Assembly: GCA_024679065.1 (NCBI GenBank)
Contig: JAGIQG010000019.1
Coordinates: 34,100,001 to 34,164,000 of the forward strand
DNA: 64,000 bases
Direction: 5' to 3'
From: Sphyrna mokarran
Lineage: Eukaryota
Shown: in pieces, positions 1 to 10,551 of the stretch
How positions within the stretch are numbered: the stretch's first letter is position 1
How the letters are laid out: every line of letters starts with the position of its first letter
Notes under the pieces: model-generated
The model's input: the letters and a program-made list of their open reading frames with translations, nothing else
Told to the model about the DNA's origin: nothing
Database searches by the model: none
Made by a program: the position numbers and the translations under genes

Positions 1-129
1 GTCAGCTGTAAGGGGAAGGTGGATGGAGGTTGGGATCTTTACAATACTTATTAATAAGTTAGGTGTGACTTTATTTCTGAATGTTGGAACCATCCAAAGT
101 TTGTGATTTTAAAATTGCAAATTCAGACA

Positions 130-275
130 GTTCTCACTGCAGAGAAGTTTTGCTTGCTGATTGTAGGAACTTGCTGTGCACAAATTAGCTCTTTCATTTC
201 CTATGCTTAACAATGTCCATGTTCAAAAGTGTGTCATTGACTTAAACTGTTTTTGAGATATCCAGTAGTCCAAAA
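130..275 (+). mobile_element. Degenerate 3' part of Deu-domain SINE
   Basis: ttgtaggaacttgctgtgcacaaattagct...ttcaaaagt resembles the 3' half of the copy at 23475-23930. Confidence 0.5.
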
Positions 276-842
276 GCCTCTCTCTTTTGTCTTAAACCCC
301 TTCCTCAGTGATTGCACTTCCTCCTAAACCATCCTGACATTTTCAATTCTTTAATTGCACAACTTTGCCAAGAGAACTGTAGATGATTGGCAGAAAGTGT
401 TCTTAATGGTACAGAAATTGAACCTATTTTGATTTATACTAAATTAAAGATGACAAGACAAGGAATGGGCTATGAGTAGACCACTTTGTGTCTGTGCAGA
501 CTTCCTGCCTCCCACCCTCATCCCTACTTCAGAATTAATTACATTTCCATGGCAACACTCACCTGCCCATTTATACCTGAAAGCATGAGTCATAGCTACA
601 ATAGTGCAAAACGATCAAGAGAGAACAGGAGGATAAAAGTCTATCTGGTCCAGTATGATGCCCTAGTCAACATTTTACCTTCATCCTGAGTGTTGTAAAG
701 ATAAAATCGAAGGATAGACGACTCAGAAATTTACATTAGTTGAACATTCATATTAGAGTCTAACTGAAGTGGGTTACCCTGACAATCGGCAAGGGCCTGG
801 AGTCCCATAAAGCATATTTATTTTAAACTAGTATGTTGCATT

Positions 843-1141
843 TCATAGATTCCCTCTAGAAGAAGGCTATTCAGCCTATCAAGTCTGCAATCATCTCTGA
901 AAAAGCATTTTGCCCATGTCAAACCCTTACCCCTATCTATGTACTCCCATGCATTTACCATGGCTAATCCACCTAACCTATATACTTTTGGATCATGGGA
1001 GAAAACTGGAGCACCTGAAGGAAACTGAGACAGACACTGGGAGAAAGTGCAAACTCCGCACAGAAGTCACCCAAGGCCGGAATTGAATATGGGTCCCTGA
1101 TGCTGTGAGGCAGTAGTGCCAGCCACTACGCTACTGTGCCG
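843..1141 (-). mobile_element. tRNA-derived V-SINE (HE1-like) with CR1-type tail
   Basis: Minus strand has A/B-box head (tagcgtagtgg...ttcaattcc), V core (gtttgcactttctcccag...tgctccagttttctccc) and tail ending ctatga. Confidence 0.85.
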
Positions 1142-1254
1142 CATCTATCATTACTCCTTCAGCCTCATTCTCAACTATTTCAGCTCAACTCATGAAGCAC
1201 AAGTTGCTAGCAACACTTGTACTTATGTACTTGTAATTCCACCAGTAAGTGTTA

Positions 1255-1400
1255 GCTGTGGTTCAGTGGATGGCACACTAACTGTGTTAGGTTAGAAGTC
1301 CCATTTCAAAGACTTAGGGCATAAAAATAAAGTCTATCCTGAGACTGCTGTTTGGTCAGAAATGCTGTTTTTCCAAATTAAATCTCTCAAAGGCTGACCA
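1255..1400 (+). mobile_element. Deu-domain SINE 5' fragment
   Basis: gctgtggttcagtggatggcac head; similar to 23475-23640. Confidence 0.4.
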
Positions 1401-2176
1401 GGCTTAATGGGATTCTTATAAGTCATCCTTTTTGTAGAATTTATCCAAGAACAATAATAGAAATTCCAATCCCTCTTAGTTTCCAAATCATTCGCTTTTC
1501 ATTCAGAAAGCGATCCACTCCTAAGTTCACTTTTTCTTGATAAAGCCAGAGCCAAAACTTACTTCATTTTGCAGAATGGAGTAATCCATGTCCACAGCTC
1601 AATTTCAGTTTCCAATGTTCATGTGGTTCCATCTCCAAGGAAATTGGTGAATAATCAAAACCTGACATTTTGCATCTTCCTCCTGCCATCTTGGAACTTA
1701 CATTTGGCAGCAGCAGTATTCTTATTTTTTCTTCTAACAGTGAAAAGAAAAACATTTTACAGCAACCAATCACCAAGGCTTAACATTCACTTTCTGCTAT
1801 CATGTTTTCACCAATAATAGTACCTGGTAAAGGAATAAGCTTGAAGCTGGTCTTTTACTCAGGTAGGTTTATTCTCAGGCCAGCACCATCCCAATCTCCA
1901 TCTGCTTCCCCACACCCAACTAACTGTTCTATTTATGTTTAGTTTTGCTCTTTTGGTGGTTGAGCCAATCATCACCACCTGTTTTAATTAGGCAACTGGC
2001 TTAACAATGTAGTTGCCAGTGGATGTAATTGCTAATATATTTCCATCATAGACATTCAAGTATACATGCTCATATACCATCATACACAGTCTCATATTTG
2101 CACTGACACACAGTTGCATATATATCCTCACACATACACTGAGTCATATATATCCCTGCCATAGTCCCATATATAT

Positions 2177-2497
2177 CATAGAGTCATAGAATCCTACAAT
2201 GCAGAAGGAAGTCATTCAGCCCATCTGGTCTTCGTTGACCACAATCCCATTTAGGCCCCATCTCCATAATCGCATGCATTTACCCTAGCTAGTCCTCCTG
2301 ATACTAAGGAGCAATTTAGCATGGCCAATCCACCTAACCAGCACATCTTTCTGACTGTGGGAGGAAATCGAAGCACCTGGAAGAAATCCGTGTGGATACG
2401 GGGAGAATGTGCAAACACCACACAGATAGTGACCCAAGGCAAGAATTGAACCTGGATCCCTGGCACTGTGAGGCAGCAGTGCTAATCACTGTGCCAG
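2177..2497 (-). mobile_element. V-SINE (HE1-like) with CR1-type tail
   Basis: Head ggcacagtgattagcactgctgcctcacag, B-box ggttcaattc, V core, and (atagagtc/atagaatc) tail repeats. Confidence 0.88.
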
Positions 2498-2734
2498 TAT
2501 GTACACACTGTCATAACAATCTGATGTACTCCATACTGCATATAACACTTTGATATATCCCACATTCGTCGCACATGGTCGGTTATACACCACACATCTC
2601 ATTGTAACTCACTAATGTAATCTGCACCCCTCACTGCAACATCCTATGCCTCCCACTGAAAAATTCTTTGATATAACCAGCAGTGTTCACGGAATCTTTT
2701 GTTTATAATATTAGTATATGTTGTGCTTAAGGAA

Positions 2735-2890
2735 AGCATTTACATTTCTGTAGTGTCTTTCTCAAGCTGTCGGAAAGACTTTTACAGACAATTATGTACT
2801 TTTGAAGTATAGCCATTGCTTTAAGGTAGGGTCAATGGCAGCAGATTTGTGCAGAAAAAGGTCAATAAACAGGAATGAAATAATGATCAG
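2735..2890 (-). mobile_element. Deu-domain SINE 3' fragment
   Basis: Reverse complement resembles 23760-23930. Confidence 0.5.
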
Positions 2891-2996
2891 ATGGAATTTT
2901 TCCAATTCATGGCACCTGGCACAAATGATGGCAAGCTGGGAAAATAGCATATAAAGCTAAAAATCTGATTTGTACCTGGCACCAGTTTAAAATTGA

Positions 2997-3270
2997 TCTA
3001 TTAGTCACAAGTAGGTTTATGTTAACATTGCAACAAAGTTACTGTGAAAATCCCCTAGTTGCCACACTCTAGCACCTGTTTGAGTACACGGAGGGAGAAT
3101 TTAGCATGGCCAATGCACCTAACCAGCACATTCTTCAGACCGTGAGAGCACACAGACGAAATCCACGCAGACATGGGGAAGAAAGTGCAGACTCTCCATA
3201 CACAGTGACCCAAGCTGGAATCGAATCCGGTTCTCTGGCACTGTGAGGCAGCAGTGCTAACCACTGTGTT
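2997..3270 (-). mobile_element. V-SINE, alternative-tail subfamily
   Basis: Same head and V core as 2177-2497, but the tail is gtggcaactaggggattttcacagtaac...acctacttgtgactaata. Confidence 0.85.
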
Positions 3271-4452
3271 ACAGTACAATCCATGTTTGCAATTTTACTG
3301 TCTCTTTTAAGTGGCATGACCCTTCCAGAATGGGCAGGAGGCTTATTAACATGAGACTGACTGGTTTTCAATATCATTAGTGAGCTGGGCATGCAATCGT
3401 TTCCCCCCACTTTTGGAAGCTTCCCATCTCTCCAGCGTGACATCGCCCTCGCGCCAATAAGTACAAGTCTGTAAAAAATATGGCTTGGATTCAGCAGTAG
3501 CGAAGGAAGGCTAGAGAGTAAGTACTGCTGAGCACCAACCTCTAGGGTGCAGTTGTGGAGGTGGTCTCAGCCACCATGCCTGGATGCAGGGCTTGCATGG
3601 GTGTGGGAGATTGGAGTGGCTTAGACTTCTCTGGGGTCTGCAGGACAGTGGCTTGTGGCTCTTGTGGCACATATTACCCTTGGCTACTCATTGACCCATG
3701 AGGGGTTCCACATGAAGTTCAATTCTATCTCCACTAATGTCATGCTGGTTGCCCTGACATCCACCTGCTGGACAGGCTGTATGGTTTCTTGCGAATGTTC
3801 AATCCCAGGCCTCACTAACAGTAACAAGCAGCAGGTCTGGCAGCTGTTGCCCCAATCAAGGGAGCTTGGCAGGTGTTAGCATGGCTTCTCACACTACATG
3901 AACCCTGCAGTGATCCTTATAATGACCACCTATTGTATGGAAGTCATGAGGGTATTCTTCCACCCTCTGTCTGAACTGCAAGCTATTTCTGGAAACCAGT
4001 GCACCAGATGTCCAAGTGGGTGCACAAGGGTCTATGTTTAAAGGGTTCCCAATGCTTCCAACTGTCAGTCATTCTTATGCTCCATGCAAGTGCTAGAACA
4101 TGGAGCCCAGTCTGCCACATGTTGCTGCAAAGGGCCTGTAGTAGCAGGATTCTGTACCTGGTAGAATGGCCATCTGGAGGAGCATCTACGCACTGCACAC
4201 CAACGACCATGCAACTGCACTGCGGATGCAGAAGGCATCATGCTGTACCATGTATAGGAAAGGTACAGCCAAATGGGAGGCCTTTGGTGACCATGAGGAG
4301 GCACAGCAATGTCTGTGGCAATAATGCAACAGTGGCCAGCAGTTCCTTGATGTGGAGAATGACACCGGGGATGGTATACAGTTGGCGTAGCTCAGTCTCA
4401 TGGGGACACAGGTTGCTGGAATGGATTAGGGGTCGGAATGGATAACCCTCAA

Positions 4453-7215
4453 GTCTCTGTCTCTCTCTCTCTCTGTCTGTCTCTGTCTCTGTCTCTCTCT
4501 TTCTCTCTCTCTGTGTCTCTAACTCTCTCTCCCTCTGACTCTATCTGTCTCTCGCTCTGTGTCTCTCGCTCCCTCTCTTGCTCCCTCATGCTCTCGCTCT
4601 CTCACGCTCACTTGCACTCTCTTGCTCGCGCTCTCTCTCTTGCTGTCTGTCTCCCTTGCTCTCACTCTATCTCTCTCGCTCTCTCTTTCTCGCACCCTCT
4701 CGCCTTCTCTCTGTTTCTCTCTGGCTCTGCATCTCTCCCTCTGTCTCTCTCTCTCTCCCTCTGTCTCTCTCTCTCTGTTTCTCCCTCTCTCACCTTCTCG
4801 CCTTATTCTCTCGAGATCTCACCCTCTCACAGACTTGCTGCCTCTCGCGCACTGCCTCTCGCGNNNNNNNNNNNNNNNNNNNNNNNNNNNNNNNNNNNNN
4901 NNNNNNNNNNNNNNNNNNNNNNNNNNNNNNNNNNNNNNNNNNNNNNNNNNNNNNNNNNNNNNNNNNNNNNNNNNNNNNNNNNNNNNNNNNNNNNNNNNNN
5001 NNNNNNNNNNNNNNNNNNNNNNNNNNNNNNNNNNNNNNNNNNNNNNNNNNNNNNNNNNNNNNNNNNNNNCTGTCTATCGCCTTCTCGCCTTATGGCCTTC
5101 TTACTCTCTCGAGTTCTCATAGGCTTGCTTGTCCTGTCATGCTCTGTCTCTCGTGCTCTGTCTCTCACCTTCTCGCCTTCTTGCTCTCTTGAGCTCTTGC
5201 AGGCTTGCTCATCTTCATGCACTCTCTCTTGTGCTCTTTCTCTCTCGTGCTCTTTCTCTCTCATGCTTTCTTTCTCCCACGCGCTGCCTCCCTCTCGCGC
5301 TGCCTCCCTCTCGCGCTGCCTCCCTCTCGCGCTGCCTCCCTCTCGCGCTGCCTCCCTCTCGCGCTGCCTCCCTCTGTAGCTCTCTCTCTCTTGTGCTCTC
5401 TCTCTCTTGTGCTCTCTCTCTCTTGTGCTCTCTCTCTCTTGTGCTCTCTCTCTGTGGCCCTCCCTGTCCCGCTGGCCCTCCCTGTCCCGCTGGCCCTCCC
5501 TGTCCCGCTGGCCCTCCCTGTCCCGCTGGCCCTCCCTCTCCCGCTGGCCCTCCCTCTCCCGCTGGCCCTCCCTCTCCCGCTGGCCCTCCCTCTCCCGCTG
5601 GCCCTCCCTCTCCCGCTGGCCCTCCCTCTCCCGCTGGCCCTCCCTGTCCCGCTGGCCCTCCCTCTCCCGCTGGCCCTCCCTCTCCCGCTCGCCCTCCCTC
5701 TCCCGCTCGCCCTCCCTCTCCCGCTCGCCCTCCCTCTCCCGCTCGCCCTCCCTCTCCCGCTCGCCCTCCCTCGCTCTCTTGTGCTCTCGGAGGCTTGCTC
5801 TCTTGCCCTCTCGCGCTCGCTCTCTCTCGCGCTCGCTCTCTCTCGCGCTCGCTCTCTCTCGCGCTCGCTCTCTCTCGCGCTCGCTCTCTCTCGCGCTCGC
5901 TCTCTCTCGCGCTCGCTCTCTCTCGCGCTCGCTCTCTCTCGCGCTCGCTCTCTCTCGCGCTCGCTCTCTCTCGCTTGCACGCTCCCTCGTGCTCGCCCGG
6001 TCCCTCGTGCTCGCCCTGTTGATCTCGCGCTCAGTCTATCGCTTGCTCTCTCTCTCTCTCGCACACGCTCTCGGTCTCACACACGCACCCTCTCACTCTC
6101 TTCGCGGGCGCTCTCTCGCGCGTGCGCTCTCGCTCTTTCTCGCACACGCTCTCGCTATCTCTCACTCGTGCTCCCTCTCGCTCTCTCGCCCTCCCTCGCC
6201 CGCGCTCTCTCGCCCTCCCTCGCCCGCGCTCTCTCGCCCTCCCTCGCCCGCGCTCTCTCGCCCTCCCTCGCCCGCGCTCTCTCGCCCTCCCTCGCCCGCG
6301 CTCTCTCGCCCTCCCTCGCCCGCGCGCTCTCGCCCTCCCTCGCCCGCGCGCTCTCGCCCTCCCTCGCCCGCGCTCTCGAGCTCACTTTTTCAGTCTTGTG
6401 CTCGTTCTCGGTCTCGCGCGCCCTCTCTCGCCCGCGCCCTCTCTCGCCCGCGCCCTCGAGCTCACTGTTTCAGTCTCGCCCCCGCTCTCTCTCGGTCTCG
6501 CCCTCGCCCCCGCTCTCTCTCGGTCTCGCCCTCGCCCCCGCTCTCTCTCGGTCTCGCCCTCGCCCCCGCTCTCTCTCGGTCTCGCCCTCGCCCCCGCTCT
6601 CTCTCGGTCTCGCCCCCGCTCTCTCTCGGTCTCGCCTCGCCCCCCGCTCTCTCTCGGTCTCGCCCTCGCCCCCGCTCTCTCTCGGTCTCGCCCCCGCTCT
6701 CTCTCTCGGTGTCTCTCTCTTCGCCCCCGCCCCCGCTCTCTCTCGGTCTCGCCCCCGCCCCCGCTCTCTCTCTCGTCGCGCCGCCCCCGCTCTCTCTCGG
6801 TCTCGCCCTCGCCCCGCTCTCTCTCGGTCTCGCCCTCCCGCCCCCGCTCTCTCTCGGTCTCGCCCTCCCGCCCCGCTCGCTCGCGCTCCCTCCCCCGCTC
6901 TCTCTCGGTCCGCGCTCCCTCCCCCGCTCGCTCGCGCTCCCTCCCCCGCTCGCTCGCGCTCCCTCCCCCGCTCGCTCGCGCTCCCTCCCCCGCTCGCTCG
7001 CGCTCCCTCTGTCTCTCTCTCTCTTTTTCTTGCGCTCTCTCTCGTGCTCGCTCTCTCTCGTGCTCGCTCTCTCTTCCACTCACTGTCTCTCACTCTCTCT
7101 CACACTCGCTGTCGCTCTCTCTGTCTCTCTCTCGCGCTCGCTCTCTCTCTCTCTCTCGCGCTCGCTCTCTCTTGCGCTCACTGTCTCTCACTCTCTCTCT
7201 CTTGCACTCGCGCTG
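4453..7215. repeat. Compound pyrimidine-rich micro/minisatellite
   Basis: (CT)n background with perfect sub-arrays: 18-mer cctccct(g/c)tcccgct(g/c)gc ~5459-5770, 16-mer ctctctctcgcgctcg ~5810-5975, 24-mer cgccctccctcgcccgcgctctct ~6185-6375, and ctctctctcggtctcgccctcgcccccg units ~6480-6860. Confidence 0.95.
4864..5069. other. Assembly gap (N run)
   Basis: Run of N inside the CT array. Confidence 0.99.
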
Positions 7216-8699
7216 TCATGTGAGTCCTCAGTGATGGCCTGAGAGTCTGAACTAAGCTCTGGAGCTCCTCAGCAATTGCCTGCTGTGGCTGGATCAAGCT
7301 CCAGATCCCCTCCACATCTGTCCTTTGAGATTGGGCCATGCTGTCAAAGCAGGAAGCGATGGCTTGGTGAAATCGGGCCAGGCTCTCAAAGCCTCAGAAA
7401 TATCCCTCTGAAACTCCAGCAAGCTCCTGAGGTCCTCAGCCATCAACGTCTAAACTCAGCCATATCTTGGACCCTTTCATAGATGGCTACCATTTCTTTC
7501 CCTAGGCTTTCCACGGCAGTCGCCACCCAAGCAGTATTGGTCTGGGTGCCACACAATGCTGGTACCAGTGACACCCCCTCCTGCAATTACCAGCTCTGCT
7601 TCTAGAGAACTGTTCCCAGCTGCTTGTCATCTGGCTCGGGGCCAGCTGTCTCTTTGGCTCCGGCAAATCTCTGCATTTCCACACCCACTCAGCATTAATG
7701 GCTGAGTGGTGCTCACCAGAAAATAACCCAGAAGCGTCACCACTAATGTGTCTCACTGAGATGACTCTGTTGACTGGTCAGTGCTTTTGTCGAAGTTGTC
7801 CTCCAAGGTGTCAATGGGGTTCGCAGCAAGGGTGCCATCTCCTGTGGGCCAGACCTCATTGGGTTTCGCTCCTGCAAAAGGAGACACACAGTTCAGTGCG
7901 AAAGCACATCTGGGCGGTTTGCAGCTGATTTGGAAATGGTTATATTAATGAAGGTTTTGTGGCTCCTCACTTCTTTGCTGTATGCCAACCTATCAATTAT
8001 GGCTCTTTCTGTTGCTTTCCCTGAGAGTTCCATGGCTCGCTCCACAAACAGATCAGAAGATGCAGCTTGGGGACTCGCACCAATTAAGAGGCTGCTTAGT
8101 CAGGGAAGTTAGGGGCCTGCCTTTGGAGCCACTTTATTACAGAAACAACATGACCAGGAAGAAGGTGACTCAGTAGTGTCTTTTAAGTCAATGGTTATTG
8201 AAAGCCTGATGGCTACATGCCCACAGGGTGTTCGAGGTTGGGGGCAGGATGAGATGGATACTAACCCTTGCTACCCACTGTCTGAACAAAGTCGTTAATT
8301 TTCTTGCAGCACTAATCACAGGTCTTCCATGTCGGTGCATGGGCACTGTCTGCTGCAGCCACTGCATCCAGGCCACGTTGCTGTTTCGGTTCCAGGGTCA
8401 TCTGACCTCTTTGAGAACAACATGGAACAACTTTCCTCTATGGCACCTAGCAGCCATCCTTACCTTCCCTCCATAAAACATAGGGCTGCTCTGCAAGGTG
8501 CCATTTTCCTTGCATGGCTGGCTGTCAGTGCTTTGTTAGTGTTTAAATTAAACTCCTCCTGCTTAACCGCGCACAGCTGTGGCTACGTGAGGTGAATCTT
8601 GTGCCTGGAGCCTCCATGATGGCATGTTTCATGTGACTGCTTTTTCAATTCACTAAATGTCAAAAGATTGTGACGCCAAGCACACCTGAGAGACTGATA

Positions 8700-9005
8700 G
8701 GGGATAGGGCTAAAACTAGAATGCATAGGTTTAAGGTGATAGGGGAGAGATACAAAAGTGTCCAGAGGGGCAATTTTTTCGCACAGAGGGTGCTGAGTGT
8801 TTGGAACAAGCTGCCAGAAGTAGTAATAGAGCAGTACAATTTTATCTTTTAAAAAAGCCTTTAGATAGTTATATGGTACGATGGGTATAGAGGGATAAGG
8901 ACCAAATGCCGGCAATTGGGATTAACTTAGCGGTTTTAAAAACAAAGGGCAGAATGGACAAGTTGGGCCAAAGGGCCTGTTTCCTTGCTGTAAATCTCTA
9001 TGACC
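8700..9005 (+). mobile_element. CR1 LINE 3' end
   Basis: HRFKVIGERYKSVQRGNFFAQRVLSVWNKLP, then 3' UTR gggccaaagggcctgtttcc...tctatga. Same subfamily as 44895-45390. Confidence 0.85.
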
Positions 9006-9094
9006 TGTGTGGAACACTGCATCATTCTCGCAGCTTTGACACTTAGAAAACTGTTGGGTAAATTTCCCTAATGTTTCGGATCATCAGATGAATG

Positions 9095-9210
9095 GTTATA
9101 TATCCAAAATATTAACTCTCTTTTTGCCTCACTGATGCTGTCACACCTGTTGAGTACGTTCAGAATTTTCTGTTTATTCCAGATTTCCAGCATCCGCATC
9201 ACTTTGCTTT
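9095..9210 (-). mobile_element. Short interspersed element, probably Penelope terminal-derived
   Basis: Revcomp acagaaaattctgaacgtactcaacaggtgtgacagcatcagtg. Related copies at 16245-16350 and 53370-53500. Confidence 0.5.
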
Positions 9211-9485
9211 AGAAATCTACCTTTGGCATGGGGTAAGGGATAAATTAGCTCAGACAATGGGAACGTGCAAAACATTCTTCAAAAGTGCCAGTGAATCTTT
9301 TAGGTCAGCTTGAGAAGACAAGGGCCTCACCTAAGTGTCTCATTTGTTAGGAGGCACTTCCAACACTGCAGCACTCCTTTAGTGCTGCATTTGAATTTTA
9401 ACCTCTATTATGATCTCAAGTTTCTAGACTGGGATTTGAAGCAATAATTTCCTGAGAGTGCTGTCAACAGAAACATGGTTGACAA
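9210..9485 (-). mobile_element. Deu-domain SINE (SacSINE1/AmnSINE-like)
   Basis: Revcomp matches the Deu core of 23475-23930 (tgcagcactaaaggagtgctgcagtgttggaagtgcc...tgagacactt). Confidence 0.7.
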
Positions 9486-9916
9486 TTGTTCATAATTGTT
9501 AAGATAAAACAAATGCTCAAGTGGCAATTACATGCTATTCAATAATTCATCAGCAATCAGTGAAGTATTTTTTATCTGTCACATTCTTGTTTGTGAAGTA
9601 AGCAAAAAAAATTAATTGATCATGTTACTGACAGTATCTTTGATGAATAACATTGACAGGGTCAGCTGCTTCCTTATTTGTATATTTATCTGTTTGAAAT
9701 GCACAATTGATTTATTTTGTTTTTTTGCCTCTCTTCTGAACCACCAATTACTGGGCCACAATGGTTTATGAAGTAAATCATAGTGGGCTGGCTTATGGGT
9801 AGATTGTGTTTGTGATGTCTTTCGGATATTTTTCAGCTGGCTTGTTAATTGTTCACACTCGCTCTAGTGCTTGCCGCAGACAAAAACCAGCTTCTTTTTT
9901 CCCTTCTCTCTAACAG

Positions 9917-9925
9917 CGTATGGAT
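9917..9925 (+). CDS. Candidate 9-nt microexon (CGTATGGAT) of the SHANK3-like gene
   Basis: Long pyrimidine tract ending ...cccttctctctaacAG, then 9 nt, then consensus donor GTGAGT (9926-9931). TGCATG lies at 9960-9965. Frame-preserving. No transcript evidence. Confidence 0.55.
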
Positions 9926-10185
9926 GTGAGTGACTCCTGGAGCCTGTAGGAAGTTCCTTTGCATGTAATTAACACCCAGTAGCTGCCTTGTGTGAGGGAT
10001 GTCAGACGAGAATGCTAGATCGACATTTGTTTGATTTCTCCTACCCCCCCCCCCGCCTCCATCCTCTCCCCCTCCCCCTCCGTGCATTATGCAACAGGCT
10101 ATGTGCGGGGGGGGAGGAAAGAGGCATGTGGGGTGGGGTTTGAATGGAGTGGGGGGATGAGAAATGCATGCTGCTCGAGTGACTG

Positions 10186-10372
10186 AGGTGTGTGTGCGTA
10201 TGTATATGTGTGTGTGTGTGTGTGTGTGTATGTATTTGTGTATCTATGTCAGTGTCTTAGACAGCAAGCATTCCAGCTTTATTTTGTTAACTCCAACCTC
10301 TGTGCAGAAGAGAAAAACACACACGCACACATATACACACACACATACATACGCACACATACACATACATAC
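10186..10372. repeat. Facing (TG)n and (CA)n microsatellites
   Basis: TG-rich 10186-10250 and CA-rich 10316-10372. Confidence 0.9.
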
Positions 10373-10468
10373 AATCAAGACTTTGCTGCTGCTGCTGAAT
10401 GCTGGTGATCACCTTTTGAAGATGGTTGTGAAAAGTAACCCAGCTCCCCTCTTCTCTTTCTCTCACAG

Positions 10469-10551
10469 TGATTATGTCATCGAGGAAAAGACAGCAGTGC
10501 TTCAGAAGAAGGAGAACGAGGGATATGGCTTTGTCCTCCGAGGAGCTAAAG
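10469..10551 (+). CDS. SHANK3: SHANK-family (SHANK3-like) coding exon, start of PDZ domain
   Basis: Polypyrimidine tract and tctcacAG acceptor (10467-10468), donor G|GTGGGA at 10552. Translates (S)DYVIEEKTAVLQKKENEGYGFVLRGAK, matching the SHANK PDZ N-terminus. 83 nt; the phase-1 end joins the 49360 exon to form GCG (Ala). Confidence 0.93.

Larger units (their letters stand above)
2890..8680. mobile_element. Degenerate PIF/Harbinger DNA transposon, interrupted by a SINE, a CT-rich array and an assembly gap
   Basis: The + strand at ~3900-4400 has HARBI1-like nuclease remnants (YLVEWPSGGASTHCTP ~ CLDRSGGALQYxP; ASCCTMY ~ ACCxLHN). The - strand at ~8510-8260 has a Myb/SANT-like remnant (MAPCRAALCF...LLGAIEE...AVAAADSAHAPTWKTCD*CCKKINDF) ending at a GT donor. 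This is the convergent two-gene Harbinger layout. Ends uncertain. Confidence 0.6.

Noticed and set aside
4438-7242. Long ORFs (up to 672 aa) on both strands, including collagen-like GPP repeats
   Set aside because: Translations of an A-poor microsatellite that cannot contain stop codons, partly running through Ns. The PAGPPS period is 6 residues and is not a true Gly-X-Y repeat.
3900-8510. Domesticated HARBI1/NAIF1-like host genes
   Set aside because: Both Harbinger-derived frames are riddled with stops and frameshifts, consistent with a dead transposon.
10098-10102. Second microexon gctat between caacAG and GTGCGG
   Set aside because: Has upstream TGC motifs, but 5 nt would shift the frame and the donor is weaker; unsupported without RNA data.
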